From Strigamia acuminata (taxonomy: Eukaryota), in assembly GCA_949358305.1 (NCBI GenBank), contig OX442314.1, positions 22,196,001-22,260,000 on the forward strand: a stretch of 64,000 nt of DNA, written 5' to 3'. Under the pieces are notes generated by a model, which did no database searches, was not told the origin of the DNA, and worked only from the letters and a program-made list of their open reading frames with translations. Positions 26,194 through 40,066 of this stretch are shown here, piece after piece (position 1 is the stretch's first letter; each line of letters starts with the position of its first letter). Both the position numbers and the translations under genes were made by a program.

Positions 26194-28075
26194 CTGTTTG
26201 TGCAGCGACGATTATAAAAATTGCAATTATTAATGCAAAAGCAGTTTCTGTTGGGAGTTTCGGAGTTTCGGAGTTTCGGAGTTTTGGACGGAGTGGCGGC
26301 TGCTGGAGTTGTTGGGTTTTTTTTTTTTAATTTAAATTATTGTAAAAGACCCCTCTGGATTATTTTGTATAATTATTATTATTATTACTGTAATTGAAAT
26401 TTAGGCAACTCTTAGAGCAATATTCATCTAAAGACATTTGTTTCCGGAGTTTGTTACGATCTTCGTGTTGAATTTCTTCCTTTTTTTCCCAATTTTCTCA
26501 GGGTTTTTGTTTTTTATTTAATTACTTTTTTAAATTGTATTTGTAATGTTACATTCGTATTTATTCATCATTCAATTTAGTCGTAGCTTATAGGCGTATG
26601 ATAATACTTTTATCTAATTTTTAAATTTTTTTTTTTTTTTGGGCTATAAAATTTGATTAAGTTTGAGCTAATTTTTTTTAAATAGCCACCTAAATAAATA
26701 TGTACGGATTTTAGTTTTTAATTAACTTTTTGCTACTTAATTTTATTAATTTGCTTTCCATTAAGCAAAGCTGTGGTTGGAACAGTACAAATATTTCTAC
26801 TATGCAGAACAACATCCTTTAGAGCTGTGGTTGATAGTTTTAGTCTTTTTTTTCTCTCATTCTCGGTCAATATAAAATATCTCAAACTTAGAAATAAAAG
26901 TATTTAAAAACAGAAAAAAATAAATAAAAATAAAAGAATAAAAAAAAAATAGATATTAAAGAAAGGAAGTAATTTGTGCCTTGTAATGTCCAGTGAAAGT
27001 GTTCGTTTCTTACGTCCAAAAAAAGAAACGTTAAAAAAATCCTGGTGTTTTTCTATTTTTCCCAGCAGCAATTAATTCCCATGACAAAACTATTTTTCTT
27101 GACATATCAAGAATTAATTGCTGTTGTTATAATTAATAAGTTATTTTTCCTCACAGTTGTTTTTGTGACATAATTGAAAAAATAACGAAAATTGATGTTA
27201 GGTGGGAAAATAAAATCCTTGCTAACATTTTGTTGTTACAATGGCTTTTAACCACTGCCAACCACAAAGCTCATATCTAATCACTTCAGTTTTAATTTAA
27301 ACTACCGGTAATACATTCGTTTTAGTCATATTTTTCATGTTTAGAAACGTTGGTTGGTTAGATTGTCATCAGTTTATTTGCTGTTAGGAATGCAATCTAC
27401 AACCGCACTGCCAATTGGGGGAATTAAATGAATAAATGATATAAATAAATAATTAAATTCCATTTTAAAATATGTATAAAATTAATTACCACTGACAATT
27501 TTGGACTAAAATTGACAGTTTTGCAGGAATCGACACTGCCTTTTTCTAATAATTAATCGACACTTGATTTATAATGCTATTTGGCTTTGTAACGAACATT
27601 AATTCAAGTGACAAAACTGTTCTATCTGATATTTCCGCCAATGCCACGAAACTTTAAGTAGCTGGAGGTTTTTAAAAAGAAAATTACATTCCTTGTTCAA
27701 ACGCTTATTACTTTCCTCAGTTAGTATTTGAATGGAAATTTACATGGGCTTAGCGTATTTTAAGTGTCTGTAGGCCCTTAAAGACATTCCGTAATTTAAA
27801 CAAGATTTTTCCGTTTCTTAATTTTAAAAGGAAATTGAACTAAATATCAGTCCAATCATAGAGTACAAAGATGTGTAAATTTTTTGCGTATTATAAAAAA
27901 ATTAAGTAAAAAATGTGAATACGAGCGGAAAATAAAAGTGTGCATGTGTGAATAATAATAGAATAATATGAAAACTACAATTCTTGATTGAATGTGTTTA
28001 ATATTTCATGTATTAAAGTAATTAATAAAAAGTTAGGCTTGATTCTATATTACAATTTGTCACGTTTATTCAACA

Positions 28076-29665
28076 CTACGAATCGAGCAGAGCCAAAATC
28101 TTCTCTTTATTATTCTTGTAAGCTTTGTAATAATTTAAAACAAATCTATTTAAAAAAAAAAAAAAAATTTGAATTTTATCCTTTATATATTTCTATCAAT
28201 TGCGATCTTACTCGTTAGGTGAGCTCGGTAAATCTTCCGATAAATGTTCGGCCGTTTTGGCCATTATGGCTCCCAGTATTACCACAATATTGATGTACGC
28301 TACTAGTCTGAAGAATTCGACTTCCTTATAAAATTCATCAACTAGTTCATTGGTTACAACATGGCCGTGTTGCAATTCTGACCATTTTTCTAAATAGTCT
28401 CTTATGAATTGCATTTTTATTCCTTTAACCTTATCCGGATCTATAGTGGGTAGTTCAACTTCCGGCATTACCTCTGCAATATTTTGAATTGTGTAGTTTT
28501 AAGTTACGGCAAGTAATTGAATTGAGTATATTATATACGGTGCTGTAACTGTATACCTTTGCCCTTCAGAATGTCAAGGAAATATGCTATATCGTAGGCG
28601 GGATAACCGATAAATGCCACCTCCCAGTCGACAAACCTTGTTACTCCTAGATTTCAAATAATTGGGTATTAAATTGATTGTGGTATGTGGTAAACTTATA
28701 AACCTGATTTCTTATCCCATATAATATTGCCGGCATGTGGGTCGCCATGACAGAGAACGATATTTTGTCGAAACTTGTTATTCAGCTCGCAAAGTTGAGC
28801 TAATTCGTTCTCCAACTCGGAAATCGCGGGAAATCCCAGATCGGAATTCTTCGGATAGTCGTTTTTCAAAACAGTTTTTATTCGATCGAAAGTAGAATCT
28901 TTACTGAAATCTTCATCATCTAATTTTTCAGAATGAATTTGAGCCATAGCATAAGCGATTTTTCTATCAAATTAAATTAAAAGAATTAAAAGTTTAGAAT
29001 TGATTCCAGCTACCGGTAGTGGGCAAAACGAAAACTAACTTGAAAGGATATTCTTCTATCTGTACACTTTCATCTGGTTTAGGGATATTCAAAAGAGGTT
29101 TTCCAGCCAGAAATTGGTAGCAATAACCGTTTTTAAATACTGCATACACTTTAGCAAAGAGATTTGCTTTGGACACTGCCTAGAATATACGAGATATATG
29201 AGTATTATTTACAATTCTGCTCACATAAAATGTTCATGCTTTCCAGCTACCTAAGTTAGCTAGGTTAGCAGGAACATTTTTATGTGAGCAGGATTGTACT
29301 TTTATTAAAATGTTAAGACTGAGTTACCTCGACAACTTTATTTTCAAAATCAGGATTAGTTATGATATTATGCTCGGAAAAGAGTTTGCGAACTCTTACG
29401 ACGAGCACCTCATCATTATCTTGGTCTTGCAATTGCACCTTGTAAGTGGCACATGAGAATCCACCAGACAGATTCTGTTTTCAGGACACAATACGCTGTT
29501 ACAAGTATTGTACAAGCAATCAGTAAAATTTTTACCATAATTTCTTACCTTAATTTCTATTTTGTCTTCATTCCAATCAGGTTTTAAGGCTTGCATTAGT
29601 GTAATAATGTCAGTGTCAGGTGAGCCAAGATCAATGGCAAGGTCGTGTAAGTGCAGTACAGCCAT
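28076..29665 (-). CDS. Divergent choline/ethanolamine kinase-like protein (APH/ChoK fold)
   Basis: MAVLHLHDLAIDL..ALKPDWNEDKIEIK|NLSGGFSCATYKV..LVVRV, KVYAVFKNGYCYQFLAGKPL, IVLCHGDPHAGNIIWD, RFVDWEVAFIGYPAYDIAYFL, FIRDYL..FYKEVEFFRL; last exon ends ..ILALLDS*. Confidence 0.8.
29210..29298. repeat. 89-bp intronic fold-back (TA-flanked mini-MITE or hairpin RNA)
   Basis: ta-caattctgctcacataaaatgttc ... gaacatttttatgtgagcaggattg-ta; the inner segments tgct/agca and agcta/tagct also pair. Confidence 0.75.
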
Positions 29666-31078
29666 AATCTGCTGAGGTGAAAAAAATAACGGTAGAAATT
29701 GACAAATGTGTTCTGTAAGAGAAATGTGTGTCGTTTTGATGTGCAACGAAAGAACTATGTAAATGGATGTTTCCAAGTAACACAACTATTGCTAGAACGT
29801 CGGGGTTGGTAGAAACTATGTATTATTCCCCTACTTCCGTTCCATTTTTTCAATCATTATCATTACGAAAAATTTGACCATGACTTGATTTGAAAAAAAA
29901 AACTTTGAACAGGAAGTTTTCCATTTCTTCAACGGTTGCGTGAACTTACACAACGTTTCCAAGCGATGTGCATTGATTTCTTTTATTATGTGTGGTTTAG
30001 AAAAAACTCGTATAAATTAATGACGTTTGCATCAATTATTTTTACGCTATTTATTACATTCTCAAATTCCGATATTAAATAAATCGATCACAAACCTTTT
30101 GCTTAAAAAAATAGGCAGTCAAAGAGATCAATAAATACGTACTGTGCAATGGTTTATTATAAATAAAAATACACATTTTAGAATTATGGAATCTGTATTA
30201 ATCGATTCTAGAACCCTAGGTGCGTAAACAAACATTCCAAATTTACATAACATAATATAATAGGAGGAGGAATGGTTTTTGGGCGTGTAAAGAACTCATG
30301 TGCAAAAAGATGACATGACATAATACAGGTCCATACTATGTGATTACGTAGACGATGAGAACCTCTAGAGATCCTCTAATATAATAACGCAATATGTGTT
30401 TTAAGAGGAGCAGCAAGCGAGGCAGCAAGAGATCGAAGTATTTTCCTAACTGGACAGCCATCTATTATATTTCGTATGAACTTCGCAAGTTCATAAGAAT
30501 AGCCCAAGATGCCGCCAGTGCTCTGGAAGTCATACGAGGGCCAAAACCATATTTTTCCTTTCTTTTTTCATCTGCAGGAGTGAAACGTGATTGATCATTT
30601 TTTTATTTTTTATTTTTTATTCAACAACATAAAAAATGGTAACTCAACAACATTACTCATGAAAGATTATTCAAAATCAAAAAAAATGAAACTATAATCG
30701 ATATTTTTCGTTAGAAGTCCTGGTTATTGACGTTAAATGGCCGCACACGCGTATTCATTAAATATTTAATAGCTAAATAAATGACGCAAAGAAAAAATAT
30801 TTTCTTTTTTAATTAAACCTTGAATTAATGTGCATTGGGTGAATTTTCAAATCTCGAGCGGTATTTTCGGTTTCATTCTGCCATCTAGCGCCCTTAGGCC
30901 AAAGATTTACAAGTAAAACCGCTCCAAATCACGGTTTACCATAATAAAAAGTTTGCACATGCAATCGCATTAAAATTTCAAAAATTTAATAAGGAAAGCC
31001 AAAAATATATTCTGTTTGAAACATTTGGAGTTTATTTCTATCATTCCAGTACTCAAAATTCTTCCTCCATACTTCTTA

Positions 31079-31587
31079 CTAAAACTGAAACCAATACAAA
31101 AAATTCAACCTTTCCTCCTTTTCTATTTTGTTTTAATGTATACCTCGACATTTGCTAGAGCATCAAAATCATCATCATTTTCATCATCATTTTCAGCCAA
31201 TTGTTTTTGTTGCTCGTTTACTTTATTTATCGGAGCAGAAATTAAATTCAATCGATCCGAAATAGATTTCTGAACGGTGTATTTACTCGCATCCTGTAAA
31301 ATAGTTTAAACATAATCAAAATTGAAAACTTATAAATAAATTCCTCATATACCGTATCTTTCAATCGCAATGCAAGTCTGAATTCTTTTCTAAACTCATC
31401 ATTAATACTGTATTTGTAAATATCCGATAAAGATTCCGCCAGAATTTTCACGAGATCACATTTCCCTTTCTAAACAAAAAAAGGAATAAATAAATTTTCA
31501 ACATTTAAAATAAATAACAAACGAACAATTAAAAAAATAAATTCTGACATTTTGACTCGAACTTGATGCAGTTATAGCGTAAGCCAT
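31079..31587 (-). CDS. Small spliced protein of unknown function, head-to-head with GBE1
   Basis: MAYAITASSSSQN|KGKCDLVKILAESLSDIYKYSINDEFRKEFRLALRLKDT|DASKYTVQKSISDRLNL..ENDDENDDDFDALANVE| joined by phase-0 GT-AG introns; last exon ambiguous. Confidence 0.45.
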
Positions 31588-31767
31588 TCCGCCAAAAATA
31601 TCGAAAACTTAAAAAACAACCAACTCCAATCAATCTTTATCTTTATACTCTTCTTGCACCAACCGAAATTTTTCAAATTTATCCGACATAAAAGTTGCTG
31701 ATAAGTTGTTAAGATCTGTCACGGGGAAGCGACACCGCATCGTGTGAGTACGTCATCCAAAGAGGCG

Positions 31768-34641
31768 ATGGCAGAGGGTCTTCCTGTAGCAGCCGACGAA
31801 CCCAACGTAGAAAAACTCTTCCAACTCGACCCATATTTAAAACCATTCGAGAGAGAAATCAGACGAAGGTAATATTGAATTTTCCAAAAAATTCGTTCAT
31901 CCCACTCGATTACACGGTCATTCAAATCTCGTCCACGTAACACGTAGATGACCTACGAATAACCTTAAGATAATTTTTTCTTGTCAATCGAATAGATATT
32001 ACATCTTCAAATCGTTGCTGAACGCAATCACCGAAAATGAAGGCGGAATCAGCAAATTTACCAGAGGTTACGAAACCCATGGCATCCATCGAACAGCCGA
32101 CAACGGCATTTCGTGGTTGGAATGGGCCCCGAATGCTGAAGGAGTTTTTCTGCGAGGCGATTTCAGTAATTTTTTTTGCGTTGTGCATTACGTAATAAAA
32201 TAAAATATCTGAATTTATATCTATGCATGTTAGATAACTGGGAACGACTAACGCATCCGTTTAAGAAGCTTGATTTTGGTAAATGGCAAATAATTCTGCC
32301 GCCAAATCCAGATGGCACGTGTCCAATTCAACATATGAGTAACATTAAAGTACGCAAATTACCGTTAATTCGGTAGAATTGTACCGTGCATTTAATGCAT
32401 CGATTTATGCAAATATTGTATCTGTTATTCAGCTTGTGATGGTGACGAAGGAGGGAAAATTGGAGGATCGTTTGTCACCTTGGGCCACTTACGTGGGAAG
32501 AGCACCAGATTCTCCGCCTGTTATGCAACATTTTTTTTGGGATCCTCCAGAGGTATTTTATTATGTATGTAAATTACCACAATTATATAAATTTTTTTTT
32601 TGCGATTTTAGACGTATCAATTTAAACATCCGAAGCCAAAGAAACCGAAAAATTTAAAAATATACGAAGCGCATATAGGAATAGCATCGAACGATGGAAA
32701 AATTGCAACTTATAAAGAATTTGCTCAGAATGTTATACCGCGTATTAAAAAATTAGGTGCCGTCTTCTGTCGACATCTTTTTTTTGCTTTTTTAATAAAT
32801 TATTTACTTGATTTTGTTAGGTTATAACACGATTCAAGTCATGGCAGTGATGGAACACGCGTATTACGCGAGTTTTGGATACCAAGTGACGAGTTTTTTT
32901 GCCGCTTCTAGGTTAAAAATGAAATTCTGTTTCAAAAATTTAAATTAAAACATGAATTTTTTTTAAAATGTAGCCGTTATGGAACCCCGAATGATTTAAA
33001 AGAAATGGTGGATGTCGCACACTCCCATGGATTATACTTATTACTAGACGTGGTTCACAGCCATGCGTGCAACAACGTTATGGATGGATTGAATATGTTT
33101 GATGGGTCGGAAAGCTGTTATTTTCACGCTGGTAGTCGTGGTCAGCATTCGCTATGGGACAGTCGCTTATTCAACTATACAAGGTTATTAAAAAAAAAAT
33201 TGTTTTGTTTTTTCATATAACTTAATGAATTTGTCTCACCAGTTGGGAAGTAATGCGATTTCTTCTATCCAATCTTGTTTGGTACTTGGAAGAGTACCGT
33301 TTTGACGGATTTAGATTCGATGGCGTTTCATCTATGCTGTACCACACTCACGGCATCGGTCATGGATTTAGCGGCGATTACAACGAATATTTCAGTTTAA
33401 ACTCCGACACAGAATCATTGACTTATTTGACTCTAGCTAATTACATATGTCAATCGCTCTACCCGAACTACATTAGTATTGCTGAGGTAAGCATTACGAG
33501 TCACGTTTTTAACTTGACATCTTTTTAATTTTATTCGAATAGGATGTGTCGGGAATGCCGGGGCTTTGTCGACCAGTCTCTGAAGGTGGCTACGGATTCG
33601 AGTTTCGCTTGGGAATGGCCATCCCTGATAAATGGATCGAAGTAATTTACGAGTAAAAAAAACTTGTAAATAGAGAATTGATTTTTCAATTTTAAAAAAT
33701 GGCAGATGTTGAAAGAAACGAAAGATGAAGAGTGGAGTATTGGAAATATTGTTCACACGCTGAGCAATCGTCGCTACGGTGAAAAAACAGTAGCGTATAC
33801 CGAATCGCACGATCAAGCATTAGTCGGGGACAAAACAATCGCGTTTTGGTTAATGGACAAGGAAATGTACGACTTTATGTCAGTTCTAGCCCCGATGACC
33901 GGCATCATCGATAGAGGAATGGCCTTGCATAAATTGATCCGACTTATTACCCACGGATTAGGAGGAGAAGCGTATCTTAATTTCATCGGTATGTATTAAA
34001 AACACAAAAACTATCTCTCTAAGCTGAAATGACTCGTTAATTTGTTAGGAAACGAATTTGGGCACCCGGAATGGCTCGATTTCCCTCGATTGGGTAATAA
34101 CGAGAGTTATCATTACGCTCGACGACAATGGCATTTAGTTGACAACGAACTGCTGAGGTATAAATTCCTCAGTGGGTTTGATGCAGCATTGAATCATGCG
34201 GAGGAGAAATATGGATGGCTCAGTGCAGCACCGGTACGAAATTAATGGCTCAATTTAATGCGAATAAATGTATAATTTACTTACAATTCCAGGCTTATGT
34301 CAGTTGGAAGCACGAGGACGATAAAGTAGTTGTTTTCGAACGAGCGGGAGTCGTGTTCGTTTGTAATTTTCACGCGCACAAAAGTTTTTCCGATTACAAA
34401 ATCGGTATACAAGAAGCGGGCAAATACCGAATCGTTTTGGATACGGATGCGGAGGAATTCGGTGGTCACAAACGATTAAATCACGATACGGAGTTCTTTA
34501 CATTTCCACACGAGTATGCCGGTCGAAAAAATCACACTTTGGTTTGTACGAAATAGTCGTATTTAAAATTAATTATGTAATATGTTAATTTTACAGGTTT
34601 ATATTCCAAACCGAATGGGATTCGTGTTGGCCAAGTATTGA
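31768..34641 (+). CDS. GBE1: 1,4-alpha-glucan branching enzyme
   Basis: [111 protein letters not shown]; ends [14 protein letters not shown]. Confidence 0.97.
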
Positions 34642-34891
34642 AATTTATAACGAAATACTACTGCTATACAAATAACAAATTTAGTTTTATATGAATTTAC
34701 CATTGAATGTAAAAAATTAACAAATAAGGTTGTTTTTCATAGAAATTTAATGATATTATTGTTAAATTTAATTAATTGCTACGTTTAAAAATTGAAGTTT
34801 ATTTGATTTGTATTAAATACTGAAGAGTACATAAAAAAAAGGTTTCATTCTACAATATTAACTTGGCATTCTATTTTACAAAATCGTCGCT

Positions 34892-36773
34892 TTAAGGACA
34901 CTTTCTGTCCACTTGACTTTTCCCGCTTTCCTCGTACTCCTGTTTCGAAATCCACATTTGTTGAAACGAACCGAGAGATGCTAAAATGGATCCGCCAATC
35001 CACGCTCCGAATCGCCGTTCCGCCGACCCTCCCACGCTTATCACCTTCAAACGCATGCTCTGCAAACCGAATTTTCCATAGTTAAATAAACATTACTCAA
35101 TTTCTAAATCAAATAAAATAATTACAGGTGGCGTTTTATTGGACAAATCGCGATTAAGTCGTTCGGTGAACCCTTGAATGAGTGTATTACCGCCCGTAAC
35201 GATTATGCTACCGTACAAACTCTGGAAGAAAAAAACAACTTAATATTACACAATTCGTATATAATTTCGAGTACATACGGGTCTGATGTCTATGTCGCAC
35301 ATGCCGACACTCGTCGTGACGATGTGACTAATGCCCAGAACGGTATTACCAACTACGCCCTAGAAACAACACAATTTCTTATATCTCTTTCTTACATCTT
35401 TTTCAAATTCTAACCCAAATTTAATGTTTACTTTTACTTTTAAATTTGATGGGTCAAACAATCTCTCTGGAATTTTGAATCTTTCAGCACCGAAATCTTG
35501 ATTGTAGCCGTTGGGAAATTCATAGTGCACCGTTGGCATGTTTTCAACTTGCCTTTAAAACAAGAAATTATATTTAGAAATATTTATGCACCGATCTATT
35601 CAAAGCGCAATCTTACGTCTCTCCGTACGGAATGTCAGACACTTGTAGAACCGTCGCTTGAAAATCCTGAAGAACTTCTTTGACGGCATAACTGTGCCAA
35701 GATTTCGTCACTTCTGGTATAGTTGGCTTTCGCGTGTATTTCGGAATTTCGCATTCTTTCACCACTTCTTTAGAACCGATCATGTAGCCTGGAACGACTT
35801 CGATATTCGAATCCTCCAGCAACTGTTTACATTGCAGGCTTATAAAGTCGCCAGCTAACGGAGTCTTGACAATTGCTTCAAATAAATAAAGAAATTAATC
35901 AAATTAAAGATAAATATATCTAAGTGTTAATTAATACCTTGGGTTAATACATATCCATCGTGAACAGGCACAGCTGATGTGTGAGTGGCACCACTATCGA
36001 CAACCACACCTGTGGATCGACCATTAGCAAATGCAGCTAATACGGCATTTTTAACCAGAAAAAAAGCAGGAATGTTGTATTTTTCAAACATTAATTCCGT
36101 TAGTTTTTCCCGTTTGGATCGTGCATTCAGCTGAAATTAATTCACAAATTAATCTATTACCGGTAATTTTTTTTTTAATTTCTTCTTTTAATTACTGGCG
36201 CTTCGGACATGAGAACAGGGTGCAGATGAGATTCTGATTTGATGTGTCTACTGTAAATGTTGTCCAACATTTTCTCAAATAAATCCCAGTCTTCAACTGC
36301 AAAATTTGAACAAAATTACAATCAAAACACAAAGAAAAAATTTAAAAAATACTAAAAAAAAAAATCATACTCATTCCATCTTTCAAAAATGTTGACATTT
36401 CCATTCCTTTCCTGGCTACATGTATGCTCGTAGTGTCAATAAAATATTTCTTGTCAGAAGAGGCCGTTGGTATGGTTCCGTCTTTGATGTTTGTTTCCAT
36501 TGGTTCCACGATTTCTTCCACAACACCAGCGTGGCTTGGAATTTCCGCCTTGATAAAAAATATACAATATTAATAGAACTATTTCAAGGCATTTATGCAT
36601 TCGTATACTTTTGGTGAATCTTCTCCGGCATAGCCCGCTCGAATTGAGTAATGACCAATGTCAAACACCAAAGCGCCGACTTCATCTGAATAAATTAAAG
36701 ACAAAAGATTAATTTCGTTTCCGCAACAATTCTCAAACGACTACTTACCACCGCCATAAACTCCTCCGCTCAT
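34892..36773 (-). CDS. ACTL6A: Actin-like protein 6 (BAF53/Arp4)
   Basis: [113 protein letters not shown]. Confidence 0.95.
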
Positions 36774-37238
36774 TTTAAGTTAAGATAAGGTGTCAAAATA
36801 CGAATTAAGTCAGATTCAGCTGCCTTTTATACGCCCGCCGTATATTTTCCGCACTTCTAATTTCAATTGAAAATCGCTCGCGCCGTCTATTGATAAATCT
36901 TCAAACACGATCCATTGCTGCTTGCTTTATGCACAAACTTGAAACTTAAAAAATAAATAATAAAACAAAATATTATTTATATTTGACTTAATCTGTTATT
37001 AATAAATTAAATTACACAAAGATAAGCTGTGAATTACAATTTTAAAAAATAATAATAACAAAGGCGCTCCCCCAAAAAAGATAGGCATCTTGCAGGGTTT
37101 AGCTGTAATTGTATTACATAACTACCGTAGTTACACGTATGTTTACCATCTTTACGAGCTAAAATGGCAGATGTTATACATCATCATCATTTGAGGATCA
37201 GCTATACTTATGATTAACAATTACCATATATCTACAAA

Positions 37239-38682
37239 ATGTCTTGTGATATTCGGACGTTAAACAGCCAGATGGCGAACACAAAACATTTGTTAGTAGT
37301 AACTTTACTCGTTTTAGTGGTATTAGCTGCTTTGCTTGGTTTTGTGCGTGTAGTGACAATTAAAACCAAAACTCCGAATGGGTTATCGCATCCGTACTGT
37401 GCCGTATCATTATATGGAGTGGACACAATTGGTTGTATCGGATTCCAACACACTTCTAACTTAGAAAATAAACTCAAATATTTAGGTGTGAAATCAGCGC
37501 TAGAAAAGAGGAATCACGAAACCGAAAATTCAAGTAAATAATTCGCTAATTTTGCACTAAAATCACATAATTAATTAATTTTTTTAATTTTAAATAAATC
37601 TAGGTGCCGACGCCGAAGCTTTGTCGTCACTCCACGTCGCTTTAGAGATGAAATCTCGAGGAAAATTGGAAAAAGCGCAAAAACTATTTTCGCACGCTTT
37701 AGCATTACAACCGTTGCATCCAGACGTGTTAAATCACTACGGAGAATTCGTAGAAGAGTTGGAAAACGATGTGATACAAGCCGATCAATTATACACGAAG
37801 GCTTTGGTGTATAAACCCGGTCACAGCAAGGCATTAAGTAATCTTCAACGAACGCTTCCGCTCGTTGTTGAAATGGATCGAAATCGACTGCAACGTATTG
37901 ACGCCAAGAGGAATTTACTGACTAAAATTCCTAACACTTCGTCGAGTTTGAAACGTGTGAAACAAGAAGCGTATTTTCAACATGTTTACCACACCGTGGC
38001 GATCGAAGGCAACACAATGACGCTTTCCCAAACGAGACACATTTTAGAAACACGAATGGCTGTTGCGGGCAAAAGTATACTCGAACACAATGAGATTTTG
38101 GGATTGGACGCTGCACTGAGTTTTGTCAACAATACACTCGTGAGAAGAATCGGGAATCTTAAACTGGACGACATTTTGGAGATCCACAAACGGGTGCTCG
38201 GATTTAACGATCCGGTCGAAGCGGGAAAATTTCGAAGGACGCAAGTGTGGGTTGGGAAACACATTCCGGCGCATCCGTTGCACATGCGCAATTTAATGAC
38301 AGATTTTTTAGTATGGTTGAATGCCGAGGAATCGCTGTCTCTGCATCCGATCGTGTTCGCGGCATTGGCTCATTACAAATTGGCGTTTATTCATCCGTTT
38401 ATTGATGGGAATGGACGCACAGCCAGATTGCTCATGAACCTTATTCTAATGCGGGCTGGTTTCCCCGCTGTGATAATACCTAAAGGAGAAAAACTGCTTT
38501 ATTTTGAGAATTTAGAGGCAGCCGATGAGGGCGATATTCGGCCGTTTATTCGATTTATTGCCGACTGTACGGAGAAAACGCTGGACGTTTACTTGTACGC
38601 TACCAAAGAGTATCCAGACGAACTTCCGGAGCTTGAAGGAGATAAATATGTTTATCAATCGTCTAAGATTATAGAGGATTAA
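37239..38682 (+). CDS. FICD: Fic-domain protein adenylyltransferase (FICD/HYPE)
   Basis: N-terminal TM helix ([18 protein letters not shown]), one intron, TPR-like region, inhibitory motif TVAIEGN, Fic motif [23 protein letters not shown]. Confidence 0.95.
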
Positions 38683-39025
38683 AATACTGTATAATATAAG
38701 CTAATTTAAAATTGTAATTTATGCGCTATTTATGATTGTTTTTGATCTATGCTCATCTAAAAAAAAAAATTCGAAATTTATATTTGTTTTTTGTTCAATT
38801 ATCAATCACTACTACAAATAAAATAATAAATCGAAGATTAATTTTGAAAATACCGCCAAAATGCTTAGACCAATCGCAAGTTTCAATGACGAGTGAACTC
38901 ATTTCCGGCGTGTCCCAAAACAAAATGGTGCTGAAAGTACGCGGTTCGTATATCCTGCGTAGCTTTGCAGTCCAACGTGCTATTTAACTGTAGTGATCGT
39001 TGAATTTGATCAGATTTGAAAACCC

Positions 39026-39790
39026 ATGTGCAGCAATAGCAAACGTCGCTTACTATCAAATTTAATGGCCAGTAACTGTAACAGCGCAGACATTGTTAGT
39101 GGTGATAAGTTTTACGTGAAAGGCAATACAGGGGACTTTAACGACCGGCAACGAGATATTTTTGGACGTCTTTCCAGCTTGGAAGAGAAGCATATCGAAG
39201 TCCAAAAGGAAACTGTCCCGGACGAACCGGAAGATAAAACTGAGAATGAAATAGAAGCGCACGATTTCACTGTACCACAGCGTCCGCCGATCCGACGAAA
39301 ACCGCCGTTCTACTCGAGGAATGGACCAAACACAGCTCGGCGATGGACCGAATACAGCTTGGCCGACGTCAGTTCTGACCAGATGTCGGACAAATCGAAT
39401 ACAAGCGCTGCCTTGTCTTTCTTAACCGAAAGAAAGCGAAAGCGTGACGACGACGAGGGCGACGACGAAGATGATATGGCAGACGATAGCGACGGTTCAA
39501 TTAAATTCACTAAACCGAAAAGTAAAGGTGAAGAAAGTGACGAAAGTGATTCGTCTAAGGTCGAATTTCGATCCGGCAAGTGGAAAATGCCCGAATACGT
39601 TATCGGCCAAGAGAAGAAAAATACTCGTAAAACGGACACCGATCCTAAAAAAGGATTAAGTTGCAATAAAATCCAATTGGGTCATTTGCAAGATGAAGTT
39701 GACAGCGATGACGACGATACGGAAGAGAAAGAAGAAAAATCCTTTTCGAAATCGAGAAAAAACCTACGGAAAAGAGAAGAAAATGAGTAA
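39026..39790 (+). CDS. TSSC4: TSSC4-like U5 snRNP-associated protein (intronless)
   Basis: Motifs RWTEYSLADVSSDQMSDKSNTSAALSFL, IKFTKP and FRSGKWKMPEYVIG in an acidic/basic disordered chain. Confidence 0.8.
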   Translation: MCSNSKRRLLSNLMASNCNSADIVSGDKFYVKGNTGDFNDRQRDIFGRLSSLEEKHIEVQKETVPDEPEDKTENEIEAHDFTVPQRPPIRRKPPFYSRNGPNTARRWTEYSLADVSSDQMSDKSNTSAALSFLTERKRKRDDDEGDDEDDMADDSDGSIKFTKPKSKGEESDESDSSKVEFRSGKWKMPEYVIGQEKKNTRKTDTDPKKGLSCNKIQLGHLQDEVDSDDDDTEEKEEKSFSKSRKNLRKREENE

Positions 39791-40066
39791 ATTTTGTCAG
39801 TTAAAATTTTTTTTATCCTCAAAATTAGGATTTGTGTAGAAATATATAAACTGTAATTTGTTGAAATAAATTTCAAGATTGATGAAGTAAATTTTACTTA
39901 ACATATATACTGTTTTTACATGACATAATTATATAAACATCCGTTATTATACGTTATTAAGCGAACATAGTGTTAATTTCTTGATTTTATACATCTGGAA
40001 TAAATAGCTTCTATCACGTACGAGTGATTTCCAAATATATTTACAACTGGCATGATAGTTTTTCTT

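Noticed and set aside
30250..30580. Coding-like block with a small hairpin (tatgaactt-cgc-aagttcata)
   Set aside because: Frames are short or interrupted by stops, and no family motif was recognised.
37621..38682. Fic gene as a bacterial toxin or horizontal transfer
   Set aside because: It has the TM + TPR + TVAIEGN architecture and an intron typical of animal FICD.
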